A stretch of DNA of 64,000 bases from Pseudogymnoascus verrucosus (taxonomy: Eukaryota), in the NCBI GenBank assembly GCA_001662655.1, contig KV460209.1; one strand, 5' to 3'. Of the stretch, positions 11,926 through 22,097 are shown piece after piece. A program made the position numbers and the translations under genes. The notes beneath the pieces were generated by a model. That model searched no databases and had not been told where the DNA came from. It saw nothing but the letters and a program-made list of their open reading frames with translations. Positions within the stretch are counted from its first letter, which is position 1, and every line of letters starts with the position of its first letter.

Positions 11926-12470
11926 GGCAAGCAGGTTGGGGGTGCTGGTGACTGTATCATGGATAAGTAATGTTCGAAAAACTGTGTCAGGTCGCGAAAG
12001 TGGTGTTATGATTCAACGAAGTTGTATTTAGTATAGCATCTTGTGTAAATAGGTTGGCAGGCGTCTGGGATGGTCGGCAATGAGCGGGCGTCCACATTTG
12101 GGGGGAAATATTTGTTAACTCTGAAGGCTCGGGATTATAGAGAGATGGTGGGCAATGGTTGGGGATTGGAGTATTATTATATTAGGGGGAACATAAACAT
12201 ATGTAGGTGAGGAACATATACGAGGTATTCACTTCACAACTTAATATATTTGACGGGGGGCACCTTCCGCAAACAATCACAACGAAACCTACCCACCAAC
12301 CCATATTTCAGAATTTACGTGCCAAACGACCTCGAGATACCTCCTCAGGTGATAATTATCGCCGACATTCGTTCCATGTTGCTCTACTTATACTACACCT
12401 TCCTTTTTGCCTCCTTTTTCGCATCAACCATACTTTGGTGCCACATTTCCACCGTCCGCCCCAGGACAAT

Positions 12471-13747
12471 ATGCGACCTCCCGGAGGCCCACAGGAAGAA
12501 TCGCAGGTACTGGCTCCAGTGAAGGGGCCTTATCCAGTGGCGCCAGTTACGGATTTTGCAAAGGAGGCTCCTGAATCATTCTCTCAGTCTTACGCGGGCC
12601 TGGATATCATTTCCTTCGATAACTTCGTGCCTCCGCGCCTCAAACACTTTGGCAGCATCGATGGCAAACTACGCCATAAGCCAGAGGGTGCTGGAGAGGG
12701 CCTGAGGATTTTCACCGACTTACCTATGCCAATACGAGAAGAGCCTATTGCGATTGAGACACCTTCAAAACGCCGTGCTAAGACCCTGAGAATAATTGAC
12801 ATTTGGGGCAAATCCCCTGAACCCCGAAACTCAAAACCCACGACACAAGATACCAACAAAGGAAACACAAGCAAATCCGGTTCCAAGGATCTCCGACTGA
12901 CTACCAGCTCCACGAATAGAGAAATGGGGCATGTGCAAGGAGAGTCTTCCTTTGAAAGTGGCAGCAGGCCTGATCTTACACGTTCTATGCTTTATAACTG
13001 GCACTTACTCCGGATGGACAATATACGAATACTGGATCCGCTCTGGGAAGGCTTTCGGGGTTCTGCTCATGATTACGAACTCCTCAAACTCCTGGCACAG
13101 ACCCATGAACATCAACGGTGGTGGCTGATTGTTGTTGACGGCTTCGCCTGCCCCCAGTGTGTTGATGAGCTCCGTCTCCAATGGATGCATCCAAGAGTAT
13201 GCAGATCTACCACACGAACCATTGATGATTAAAAGCTGACGTTCATTAATAGTCCCTAGGAAAGGCTATAAAGAGCTTGAAGTCTAGGTGTACGAGGCAT
13301 TCCCATTGTGATGGTGGCAGTTGCAAAGTCATATGCACTCACACACACCGTGATTGCAACAAGGTAACCAACAAAGCCGTTCCAGACAAAAACACTCTAA
13401 CACGATGAAAGGTCACCCAGTTCTTCTCCAAGCTAGGCCGAGAAAACTCAAATCGCATGCGCAACATCGTCTTGGAAACCCGAGACGACCTGCTCCCTGA
13501 TGCCGACGTCCTTGTTTCCGTTGCCCACAATGTCGGCCGCTACTTTCCTGACGTCCAGAATCTCGAGATCAATTTCCACTTTGGTAACAGGCACCTTGAC
13601 AGAGACGTATGGACTCGTATCCTATGCGCCTGCCAACGCCTGGAACTCTATCTGCCAAAAGGCCAGCACTTGCGCATCAGAGGGATTGAGAAGCATACGG
13701 AGATGCAGAATGACTGGACCAGGAAGGGTAGGAAGTGGCACGAATAA
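12471..13747 (+). CDS. Hypothetical protein, 3 exons (12471-13196, 13253-13363, 13412-13747), with a Cys/His-rich middle exon
   Basis: Two canonical introns (GTATGC..CTGAC..TAG; GTAACC..CTAAC..AAG) join ORFs 12207-13232 and 13457-13747 in frame. No family recognised; start codon uncertain. Confidence 0.6.
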
Positions 13748-14104
13748 GAAAATAGGAACTGGGGCATCAAATGGGAGTGACAAAGTTCAGAAATACATTA
13801 CTTGATATCCTACAAATCGAGAATATTCAGCATTATCATTTTGGTAGAAATGCATGGTGATGATTAATAATAACCTTGTTTGGGCATATAAGCATGACAG
13901 ACGCATTAGTAAATGTTCCTCGGCAGGACACGGGGATTGTGATTGGTGACGGATGATCGCAAATCGCTGACAGCCTCGCCTAGTCACGTCATACATTGTG
14001 TAAGGCTGTGGAATATGCGGGACACGGGATTGTCCTTATTAACCCCACCTTCGCTCCGCATTCACGTTCATAACAACGTTCTACAAGACATCACCTAGCC
14101 TTCC

Positions 14105-15423
14105 ATGCTACTTTCTAGAGGGAAGCTACTTGTAACTCCCAATATTACAACTACATCCAGATTGTTCAGTACTTCATCACCAAGCTTCACCATGGTACGT
14201 CATATTGCCCGCGGAGTTCCGAGTATTGTTTGGATGGCTGGAACTGAAAAACATGCAGGCAACAAAAATCTCCAATTGGGTTGACCCAAAGGATAAATCG
14301 GGAGAGTTCAAGCGTGGAGCGTCGGTTTTTCGCAATCATATCTCCAGAGAAGCAGGCGCCGAGTTTCCTGCCGAGAAGGGGCGCTACCACCTCTATGTGT
14401 CCTATGCTTGCCCTTGGGGTATGCACTCGCTCTTTGTCTTATGAATGAATCCGTTACTAACAAATGCCAGCGCATCGCACGCTGATCGTAAGGAAGTTGA
14501 AGGGCCTGGAGGACATCGTCCCATTTACCGCCGTACACTGGCACATGGGCGAAAACGGTAAGCCCTCGGGATGAGTTTCATAGAACCCCACACTGACATT
14601 ATCAGGTTGGCGATTTGCAACCGCTAAGGATAAGGATGCTCCTGGCGAGAACGTGGGGTCAGACCCCGTAGCAGGCCATGAGAAGTACACCCACCTCCGC
14701 CAGATCTACTTCCAGGTGGACCCCAACTATACCGGACGATTCACTGTGCCCACGCTCTACGACACTGTCCAGCACAAGATTGTGAGCAACGAGTCTGCGG
14801 ATATCATTCGCATGTTCTACAGCGAGTTCGATGATATTCTTCCCCAGAAGTATAAGGATGTAGTCCTTTTCCCTGAGAATCTCCAGGCCAAGATTGAAGA
14901 GGCGAATGGCTGGATATACGATCTCATCAATAACGGGGTTTACAAGTCTGGCTTTGCCACAACACAGGAGGCGTACGAGAAGAATGTCGTCGCTCTGTTT
15001 GAGGCGCTGAATCGGGTGGAAAAGCACCTCGAGAGCAGCCCAGGACCATACTACTGGGGCGATAAGGTCACCGAGGGCGATGTGAGACTGTACACCACCA
15101 TTGTGAGATTCGATTCAGTGTATGTCCAGCACTTCAAGACGAATCTTCGGGACATTAGAAGTGGGTACCCAGCCATCCACAAGTGGCTGAGGAACCTGTA
15201 CTGGAATGTGCCTGCTTTCGGAGAGACTACGCAGTTCGAGCATGTAAGTTAATACTTTGTTCTATGGACATACTGGCATAATACTGATACAATACAGATC
15301 AAGAGGCATTACACGAAGAGCCACCCGCAAATTAACCCATTCGGAATTACGCCTGTGGGACCAATCCCAAATATTCTGAAGGTGGATGAGGAGGTTACTG
15401 CGGTAAAGTCTGCTTCTAAATAA
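14105..15423 (+). CDS. ECM4: Omega/Xi-class glutathione S-transferase (glutathionyl-hydroquinone reductase, Ecm4 family); introns 14195-14258, 14419-14470, 14558-14605, 15244-15297
   Basis: GEFKR, RYHLYVSYACPWAHRTL active-site motif (spliced), FTVPTLYD, IVSNES, INNGVYKSGFA, IKRHYTKSHPQINPFGITPVGP. Two in-frame ATGs (14105, 14192). Confidence 0.9.
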
Positions 15424-15722
15424 TGGAGCAGGCTGTAAATAGTCAGAGAGTAATAATTTATTATTTAACTTATTCTAAATATGCTATGTGATGATATGAT
15501 TAATTTTTGTAGAAACGAATAAATTATACTATGAATTAAAAGTGTTATTCAATAAAACTAAAGAATTCAAATGGAAGGGAGTACTACAAGTATCACAGTC
15601 AGGGTGTCGAGGCATCATAATTAGAGAGGCTTCATTTATTCATAATCCATACAATTCCTGTTTGGAGGCTCATAACCTCCACTCCGTATCATACACCTTT
15701 GCCAGGACCAAGCACCCAAAAT

Positions 15723-16384
15723 CTACAATGTATGCTTGATCTTGATGTCTTGAAACCTCCTCAACCATGGTGTATCCGCATATTTCCTCTCGATCTGAAA
15801 CCATCTCGCAATGTATTCAGGGTCGTTCAACCTCCACTGATCATCGTGTTCTTCATCCCTGCTTGCTTCCCAGAAGCGCAGGAAGACTTGCTTCTCGTAT
15901 TTTTGTGGCACAATGTCTTCGAGTGCCATCACGTTGCCCTCTTCGTCGAATGGGAGGGTGAAGCTATGGATGTCAGAGTTTGTTCTGTGTTTGGTTCCAG
16001 TGGCCCCGTTGCTATATTGTTTTGGAAGGGAACCTGGGAAGAAAATAGGTTACTCACAGAATCATACCCAGGACGCCATCAAAGTTTGGCCTGATGTATT
16101 GGTGTATAGGAAGTTCAATATCCTTGGGCAACGGCTTCAACTTAATTCCACGTGGTATTGGCAGCCATTGTTCGCGGATGACACCTCCGATCTTGATAAT
16201 TTTTGCCATGCAGTAGTTGAGGATTTCATTCTGCTGCTGGGCATCAAGTGTGAGATTGATGATCTTGAGCTGTAAATGTAAATAATGGCCAAACAAATGT
16301 TTGGGAGCTGTAAATGCTTACTTCATAGTGATCCTCTTGTGCAATATTGATTGACTTGTGTTGCTGTATCTTTAAAGAAGGCAT
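15723..16384 (-). CDS. Small hypothetical protein, probably 3 exons (16384-16322, 16269-16058, 16011-15723)
   Basis: ATG CCT TCT..GAA|GTAAGC donor with a CAG acceptor into LKIINLTLDAQ; a second donor CT|GTGAGT and TAG acceptor join the 15723-15932 ORF in frame. No family recognised; the second intron lacks a clear branch site. Confidence 0.45.
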
Positions 16385-16513
16385 GTTGACACCCAATTAG
16401 ATACTGGGCCTTTGATTGGGAAGAGGCCATTGACAGTTCCTGGGTGAGTCTTTGATGGTGATAGGGTCTTTGATCTTGACCGATTCTCTGGTGCTGGCTG
16501 GAACTTTGGCCTT

Positions 16514-16608
16514 GCCAGAGTATTTGGAAGTACTGACAAGTTTCCAACGGCAATCTCAACAGCCAGGTATTTGGAAGTATTGACAGGTTGTCAACGGCAA
16601 TCACAACA
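16514..16608. repeat. Imperfect ~48-bp tandem duplication
   Basis: GCCAG(A)GTATTTGGAAGTAYTGACARGTT..CAACGGCAATCWCAACA occurs at 16514 and 16562. Confidence 0.8.
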
Positions 16609-16675
16609 AAACAATAGGAGGTGAAACCACGTGAGCTTACTCCCAACCAAGTAACGTAACTTCATCTTATTATTT

Positions 16676-18422
16676 TCAAAGCATATACACAAACTTTCTA
16701 CTTACGTCTCTCCTGGCATTTTCGCCAACGAGAGTGTCCTCCTCCTCCTCCTTGTCCACTTCTACATATTCCCCTCCATTTTGCTTCTCATTGTTTCTAT
16801 TCTTCCTCGAAAGATAGAATCGCAGTATAACTGCCAAAGCGGCAACCACTACCATTGCTCCTGCGCAACCAGCCATCCCACGTGTATAATACGGCGCATC
16901 AACATCAGGATACAATCTTGTCCCGACTAATGGTCCACACTGGCCCACAAGCTGCAACATAGCAAATCCAGCACCCTGTTTACTTTCCGACTCCTGATTA
17001 TTGATCGTCCAAGTTATAACAATCGTAATCACGCTGAAAAATCCAATCGCAGCTGGATATATAGCAGCATAGCGCCACCAAACCCCCAACCCAAATCTCT
17101 CCGCAAGAGCGAGCACGAGATACCCTGAACAGGAGAAGAGCGCATGGAAGATAATGAAGGTCGAACGTGACTGCACACGATCGGAGAGGTATGCTGTTAA
17201 AATCACGATGAAAAATGACATGAGATATGGAGGGGCCGAGAGCGCTTGCGACACAACGGAGGAGTGGCCCATAGATCGGATAATGATAGGTAAAAATACA
17301 GGCATCGATGAGAACGCCATGTTGGTGAAGAAGAACATGAAAGCAGTCAGATAGGCTTTGGGATCCAATATTGTCTCGAGGACCTCTCGCCATTTGAGTC
17401 CGCCCTTGGTCGCAGCACCTCCTTGGCGACGACGTAGGCGTAATCGGGCAACCTTTCTTTCCCTCGCAGTCAGGTACTTTGCTTTTGCCGGTCCGTCTGG
17501 GATAACATGCCAGGCGATGACAGACACGATGACACTTGGAAATCCTTCAACGAGGAATAACAGGCGCCATGGCGCAATAGGACCGTTTTCTCCGAGCTTA
17601 AGAATCGCCCATGCGAGGGCGCTGGCGAATGAGGTTGCCAGAGGGGCGGCGCTTATAAAAAGTCCGGTGCGCAAGGCCAGCTCTTCTTTCCTGTAAAAGA
17701 AGGACAAAAAGTATGGGATTCCAGTAAAGCCAGCTTCGCCAATCCCAAGGAGTAGTCGTAGTATTATGGATGTGACGAATGAAGTTGACAGAGCTTGAAG
17801 AGATGCGATAATTCCCCACGACATGACGATTACAGAGACGTATATGTGTGCAGGTATGATTTTCCAAAGCAAAGACATCCACTCGAACATGATATATGTG
17901 ATGTAAAACGACGTGAGGATCCATTCGTATTGATCCGAATGAAGATTCAAATCAACATCCATTCCTGCGATTCGAGCATTGCCAATATCTTTGGGTGTGT
18001 CAGCAGCTGTCGATACAATTGGGCACAGTATACGCACTTGATCTATCCAAAAAACTCAACATGTACAATAGTGCTACAAATAATACAAGCCTCTTGTCAA
18101 ACTTTCTGACCACTGCGCGCTCCTCGTCTGGTGTATACAATTGAAACGATTGTGTTGTCGAGGCGCTGCCTCGGCGGGGAAATGTATTGCTGCCATCGTC
18201 GCCAGTCCGAAGAGGTGCCTCAAAATCTGCCTCTTTATCTTGAGATTGGAGTTCTATGCTCTCGTGGCCATTGTAATCGTCGTCGAAGTCTGAATCCCCA
18301 GAGTCGGGTTCGGGTGTCAATCGATTCGCACGGGAACTGGAGCTGGAATCTGAGGGCACAATGTCACTTCGAGCCCCTGACTTATCGCCGACATGCGACG
18401 CCTGAGGGAGACTTGAGGCCAT
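16676..18422 (-). CDS. MFS transporter, anion:cation symporter (allantoate/nicotinate permease, Dal5/Tna1-like); intron 18037-17989
   Basis: ERAVVRKFDKRL...SFLDRS|NIGNARIAG after splicing, RLLLGIGEAG, PWRLLFLVEGFPS, and about 12 hydrophobic segments. Confidence 0.9.
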
Positions 18423-18776
18423 TCTGAGCCATCAAGATTGTTGAACTTCAAACAGCAGGAAAAATATATTCAATTCATAGTTTGTTCATTCCGTAGCCTC
18501 ACCACCATCGTGGCCCTGAACTGGGATGCGGTTGGTTCTAGCTATGACGGGTGCGGTGGAGACCCTTAAGGGTTGGCGTGGGGTACTTTTGCAAGGGTAT
18601 CACGATCCACAACGTAAGTGAGGCATGGGTTGGACCGCGAATAGATTTCACATAAGCTTCACATCCATATCAAATGAACTTTCAACTTCCAACTTTCAAC
18701 AGGAATACAGAACATTTTCACAGATCAAATTTATGGCAGAATGAATATATTTGATGAGCTATTTGAACTATCTAAA

Positions 18777-18913
18777 TTATGTAGGTCACTTGGGCGTAAA
18801 GGGCTTTTGGGTTTTTGGCAATGTTGGACCCTGTACCTGCACCGTGCGACAGTATGAATTTTGGCGTGAATGACAACTCCGACCGGGGCAGAACAAAGTT
18901 GTCATCCGTTGCC
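18777..18913 (-). ncRNA. Putative H/ACA-like two-hairpin small RNA, unit 3 (most diverged)
   Basis: Hairpin GGAUGACAACUUUG/CGGAGUUGUCAUUC, A-rich hinge (AAAAUUCA, not a canonical H box), second hairpin with internal loop, then CU-ACA-UAA. Similarity to the other units ends just after ACA. Confidence 0.5.
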
Positions 18914-18962
18914 TGTATGGCCGAAGAGGAAAGAAGGAAAGAACGATCCGGAAGAGGGGTGT

Positions 18963-18998
18963 TGGAAGTGGCATTTGAACTTTCAAAAGCCACCTCCA
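18963..18998 (-). other. Spacer stem-loop capped by AAGU tetraloop (candidate RNase III site)
   Basis: UGGAGGUGGC-U-UUUGA-AAGU-UCAAA-U-GCCACUUCCA; the G-U pair forms only on the minus strand. Confidence 0.55.
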
Positions 18999-18999
18999 T

Positions 19000-19142
19000 T
19001 CATGTAGGCCACCTGGGCATAAAGGGCTCTTGCGTATTTGGCAATGTCAGGCCCTTTACCCTGCACCGTGCGACAGTATGTGTTTTGGCGTGGATGCCAA
19101 CTCAACTGCAGATGGAAGCTGCAAGAGTTGGCACCCGTGGCC
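19000..19142 (-). ncRNA. Putative H/ACA-like two-hairpin small RNA, unit 2
   Basis: Hairpin GGGUGCCAACUC/GAGUUGGCAUCC, H-box-like AAAACA, hairpin GUCGC..UAAAGGGC/GCCCUUUA..GUGGC, then CU-ACA-UGA. Confidence 0.6.
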
Positions 19143-19211
19143 GTGAAGTGAAGTGAAGAAGAAGGAAGAAACGAGAAGGAAGAGAGGAAGAAAGATCAGG
19201 AAGGGGGGTGT

Positions 19212-19246
19212 TGGAAGTGGCATTTGAACTTTCAAAGCCACCTCCA
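19212..19246 (-). other. Spacer stem-loop capped by AAGU tetraloop (candidate RNase III site)
   Basis: UGGAGGUGGCUUUGA-AAGU-UCAAA-U-GCCACUUCCA; nearly identical to 18963-18998. Confidence 0.55.
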
Positions 19247-19247
19247 C

Positions 19248-19389
19248 TCATGTAGATCACTTGGGCGTGAAAGGCTCTTGCGTTTTTGGCAATTTCAGGC
19301 CCTTCACCTGCACCATGCGACAGTATTTATATTGGCGTGGATGCCAACTCAACTGCAGATGGAAGCTGCAGGAGTGGGCATCTGTGGCC
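19248..19389 (-). ncRNA. Putative H/ACA-like two-hairpin small RNA, unit 1
   Basis: Hairpin GAUGCC.ACUC..UGCAG/CUGCA..GAGU.GGCAUC, H-box-like AUAUAA, hairpin GUGAAGGGC/GCCUUUCAC, then CU-ACA-UGA. Confidence 0.6.
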
Positions 19390-19404
19390 TGAACGGTGAT
19401 ATGT

Positions 19405-19470
19405 GAAGAAAAAAGAAAGAAGAAGGAAGAAGGAAAAGGTCTCGGGGGTGGAGTTGGGGGGGGATTTATA
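19405..19470 (-). promoter_or_regulatory. TATA box plus pyrimidine (CT) tract upstream of the RNA array
   Basis: Minus-strand TATAAA at 19470-19465 followed by CCTTTTCCTTCTTCCTTCTTCTTTCTTTTTTCTTC, a typical fungal Pol II core-promoter arrangement; no credible CDS downstream. Confidence 0.5.
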
Positions 19471-19841
19471 TTCCTGGGTCTGCGACGCCAGATCACTCAA
19501 GCGCGCTATCACCAAATAAGCGCGACTCTCACGAGAGGACGCCATTGGCTAGATCAAGCTAGATCAAGGAGAAGCGAATCAAAGTTAACGCTTGTAGGCG
19601 GTGCAAACACGGCAAACGTTGGTCCAGTTCTGTAACTGGCCTGGAGGGGTGCAAACAGTGCAAATATCTGTCTAGTGCCGCACAGTCCTAAACCAGACGT
19701 GGAAGGTACGTTGTGTGGCCATATACATTGGAAGGATGATACTACAACTGTTGCTCTCTTTCTTCGTTGCCATAGGTCACCATAGACGTCCCCTGCTTGT
19801 GAGCTGCCTTTGTTGGAGCTATGTTTATTGCAGTCTATATA

Positions 19842-21842
19842 CTATATACCCCATATCTGATTCCATCGTCTACTATCACCATCCAACGGCCCATCCAACC
19901 TTCCAAACCTTGGAGGCGTTCTAGAGGTAGATTCTGGCAAGCAGACCCATTCTCGGACACAGCCAGGGATCTCCTCTCGAACGTGGCTAATGCACAAGAG
20001 GGCCTGCTCAGGACCTAATCCTCGAATAGCTACGTTGCCTGCCCGTGAGGCGTCGGATTCAATAACATCACGCGAGCCACCCTTCCACTGGAACGTTTTG
20101 GTTTCTCCATGGGCAAGGAATAACATGCATTTATCTCTCACGACTTCATCCATACCACCAAATGATTCATCCAAGATCACAAGATCTGGCTTCTTGACTA
20201 TGGCTCGTAGGAATAATGCAACACGCTGAGACGAGAACGGTAGATCGTTGAAGAGGCATTCACTAGCCCATGCGGTTGAATCAAGAGCTGGCTTTGAGGC
20301 ATCACTGGCAGCAGCACCTGGCCGCAACTCATGCTCAAACCATTTGAGGCAGGCTTCGACAGCCGCAACAGCGCCTTTATCCAACGTCGGGATTGCCATG
20401 AACGTCTCCGACCAAGCGTTCTCCAGTGTCTGCCTAAGTGTCAGAGTACGTGGGATATGGTGGTGTATCTCGGGTGAAGAGTGACCGATCCGTGCCTGAA
20501 TGTCAAAGATGGATATTCCAAGTTTGCCAGGCTCAGGGAGACGTGACCGCCCAAACAACTTCACAGGCTGCGAGTATGTCTGAGGGTGGTCGGAGCAAAT
20601 CAGAGAAAGAATAGTGGTCTTTCCACTCCCGTTCGCACCGATGATACCCCATCGCTGACCCCGCCTGACTTTCCAATAGAGACCTTTCTGGGGCTTGCCA
20701 TCCACGTCTTGTGTCCAGTTACCGAGGACAATTTTCGGCCCGTATGCCACGCGAACACCGTCCATGTCAACCAGAATTTCTCCTGTTTCCGCTTCCTTCG
20801 ATTCTTCCATGTCGTCTCCCCGAGTAGATGAAGGAGTTCCAGTTTCCTCTGGGGTGTCTGGCTCCACAATTCCTCGATCGGTGAGAGTCCGACCAATTTC
20901 ATGGAGGGACTGAATTGGGATGTTGACGGCGCTACCACTGTTTGCTTTCAGTTCGCTCAGGACCTCCTCCTTCGGTCCTTTGAAAGCTACTTCGCATTCC
21001 GGGCGTAGATACATAAGATGCGTAATCCAGTCCGGAATTGGATCTTGAGGTCTCAACGAAAGAATAAGCCTGGGATCATTGGCCTTCGCAAGTCCATGTA
21101 GCAATGGGCTCAAAGTCATCAGGGTTGGTGGATCAAGTCCCATGAGCGGCTCATCCAACAACAGAACTTCTGGTTTTCCAAGCAATGCCCTGGCAATCTT
21201 TGCTCTCCTAGTCTGTCCATTAGACAGGTTTGACACTGGCATATCGATAAGGTCTCCGAGTCTCAAATCCTCAATGACTCTTTTCAAAGATGCCTCGTTA
21301 ATGGACTTGCTTTTCTCTTCTTCTGAAGGATTCAGCTCCGTCCTGCCCTGGAGATAATTCAGGACGGTCCAGTCCGTGGCCTCCCGGTGAGCCTCATATC
21401 TCGCGCTCAGGTATGCCCCTCTGGTTCCCTGCCCCGACAAAACTCCTTGCTCGCCACCAAAGCCGACATATTGTATCGCTCTACTGGGTATGCGTAATTC
21501 ATGGTTCTTCTGATTTATCTCCTCGGAGTTAAGGTACGGATATGACCGAGCGGTAGGTGGAAGAGACAAATATAGTCCTCTCAAAATCTGTAGAAATGTG
21601 GTTTTTCCAGAAGATGATGGCCCCAATATGGCCCAGTAATGAGGATCTTCTGGGAATGAGGGTAATTCAAAATTTAAGTCCTTGAACAGTGCTGGATTGG
21701 CTTGTTTTGCAGCCAGGGAGGACGGATGATGACGGTAGAACGTGCCATTTTTAATTTGTATTATAGCCGGTTTAGAAGTCGCCAAGCTGTAGCTTCGTGA
21801 AGAGATCCTATGAAAAGGACCTTTTATCTTAATTAACCTCAT
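19842..21842 (-). CDS. Soluble dual-domain ABC ATPase without transmembrane domains (ModF / yeast YDR061W-like), probably mitochondrial
   Basis: GPSSSGKT, LSNGQ, LLLDEP; second domain GANGSGKT, VILDESF; Arg/Ser-rich N-terminus. Confidence 0.85.
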   Translation of the reverse strand: MRLIKIKGPFHRISSRSYSLATSKPAIIQIKNGTFYRHHPSSLAAKQANPALFKDLNFELPSFPEDPHYWAILGPSSSGKTTFLQILRGLYLSLPPTARSYPYLNSEEINQKNHELRIPSRAIQYVGFGGEQGVLSGQGTRGAYLSARYEAHREATDWTVLNYLQGRTELNPSEEEKSKSINEASLKRVIEDLRLGDLIDMPVSNLSNGQTRRAKIARALLGKPEVLLLDEPLMGLDPPTLMTLSPLLHGLAKANDPRLILSLRPQDPIPDWITHLMYLRPECEVAFKGPKEEVLSELKANSGSAVNIPIQSLHEIGRTLTDRGIVEPDTPEETGTPSSTRGDDMEESKEAETGEILVDMDGVRVAYGPKIVLGNWTQDVDGKPQKGLYWKVRRGQRWGIIGANGSGKTTILSLICSDHPQTYSQPVKLFGRSRLPEPGKLGISIFDIQARIGHSSPEIHHHIPRTLTLRQTLENAWSETFMAIPTLDKGAVAAVEACLKWFEHELRPGAAASDASKPALDSTAWASECLFNDLPFSSQRVALFLRAIVKKPDLVILDESFGGMDEVVRDKCMLFLAHGETKTFQWKGGSRDVIESDASRAGNVAIRGLGPEQALLCISHVREEIPGCVREWVCLPESTSRTPPRFGRLDGPLDGDSRRWNQIWGI

Positions 21843-22097
21843 GGCTCATAATTGTGAAAGCTCAATATCATCAGCGTATGACTCCGCATTGGGGGGAGCT
21901 CCGGGCCAGGGTCCACATATCGCTTAGCGCGTCTATGCGTTGCGTCGTCGTTCGCGCTTACACGTCCGCCTCGCAGCCTGGAGCTCCCATCAACCGACGC
22001 AACATCAAAACAGCTATCAATCCACGACACTATTTCTCTAATCCTAAACAACTCATAAGAACACGCCATCCGAAGTAATCTCATCACATCCGCAGCC

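Noticed and set aside
9802..18422. Secondary-metabolite cluster (Zn2Cys6 factor, GST, MFS transporter)
   Set aside because: No PKS, NRPS, terpene cyclase or tailoring enzymes in the window; the neighbours are housekeeping genes.
18777..19389. CRISPR-like array or peptide-coding repeat
   Set aside because: Units are ~225-250 bp and homologous along most of their length, with no unique spacers and no cas genes, in a eukaryote. Indels between copies break frames, so the small ORFs there are not conserved.
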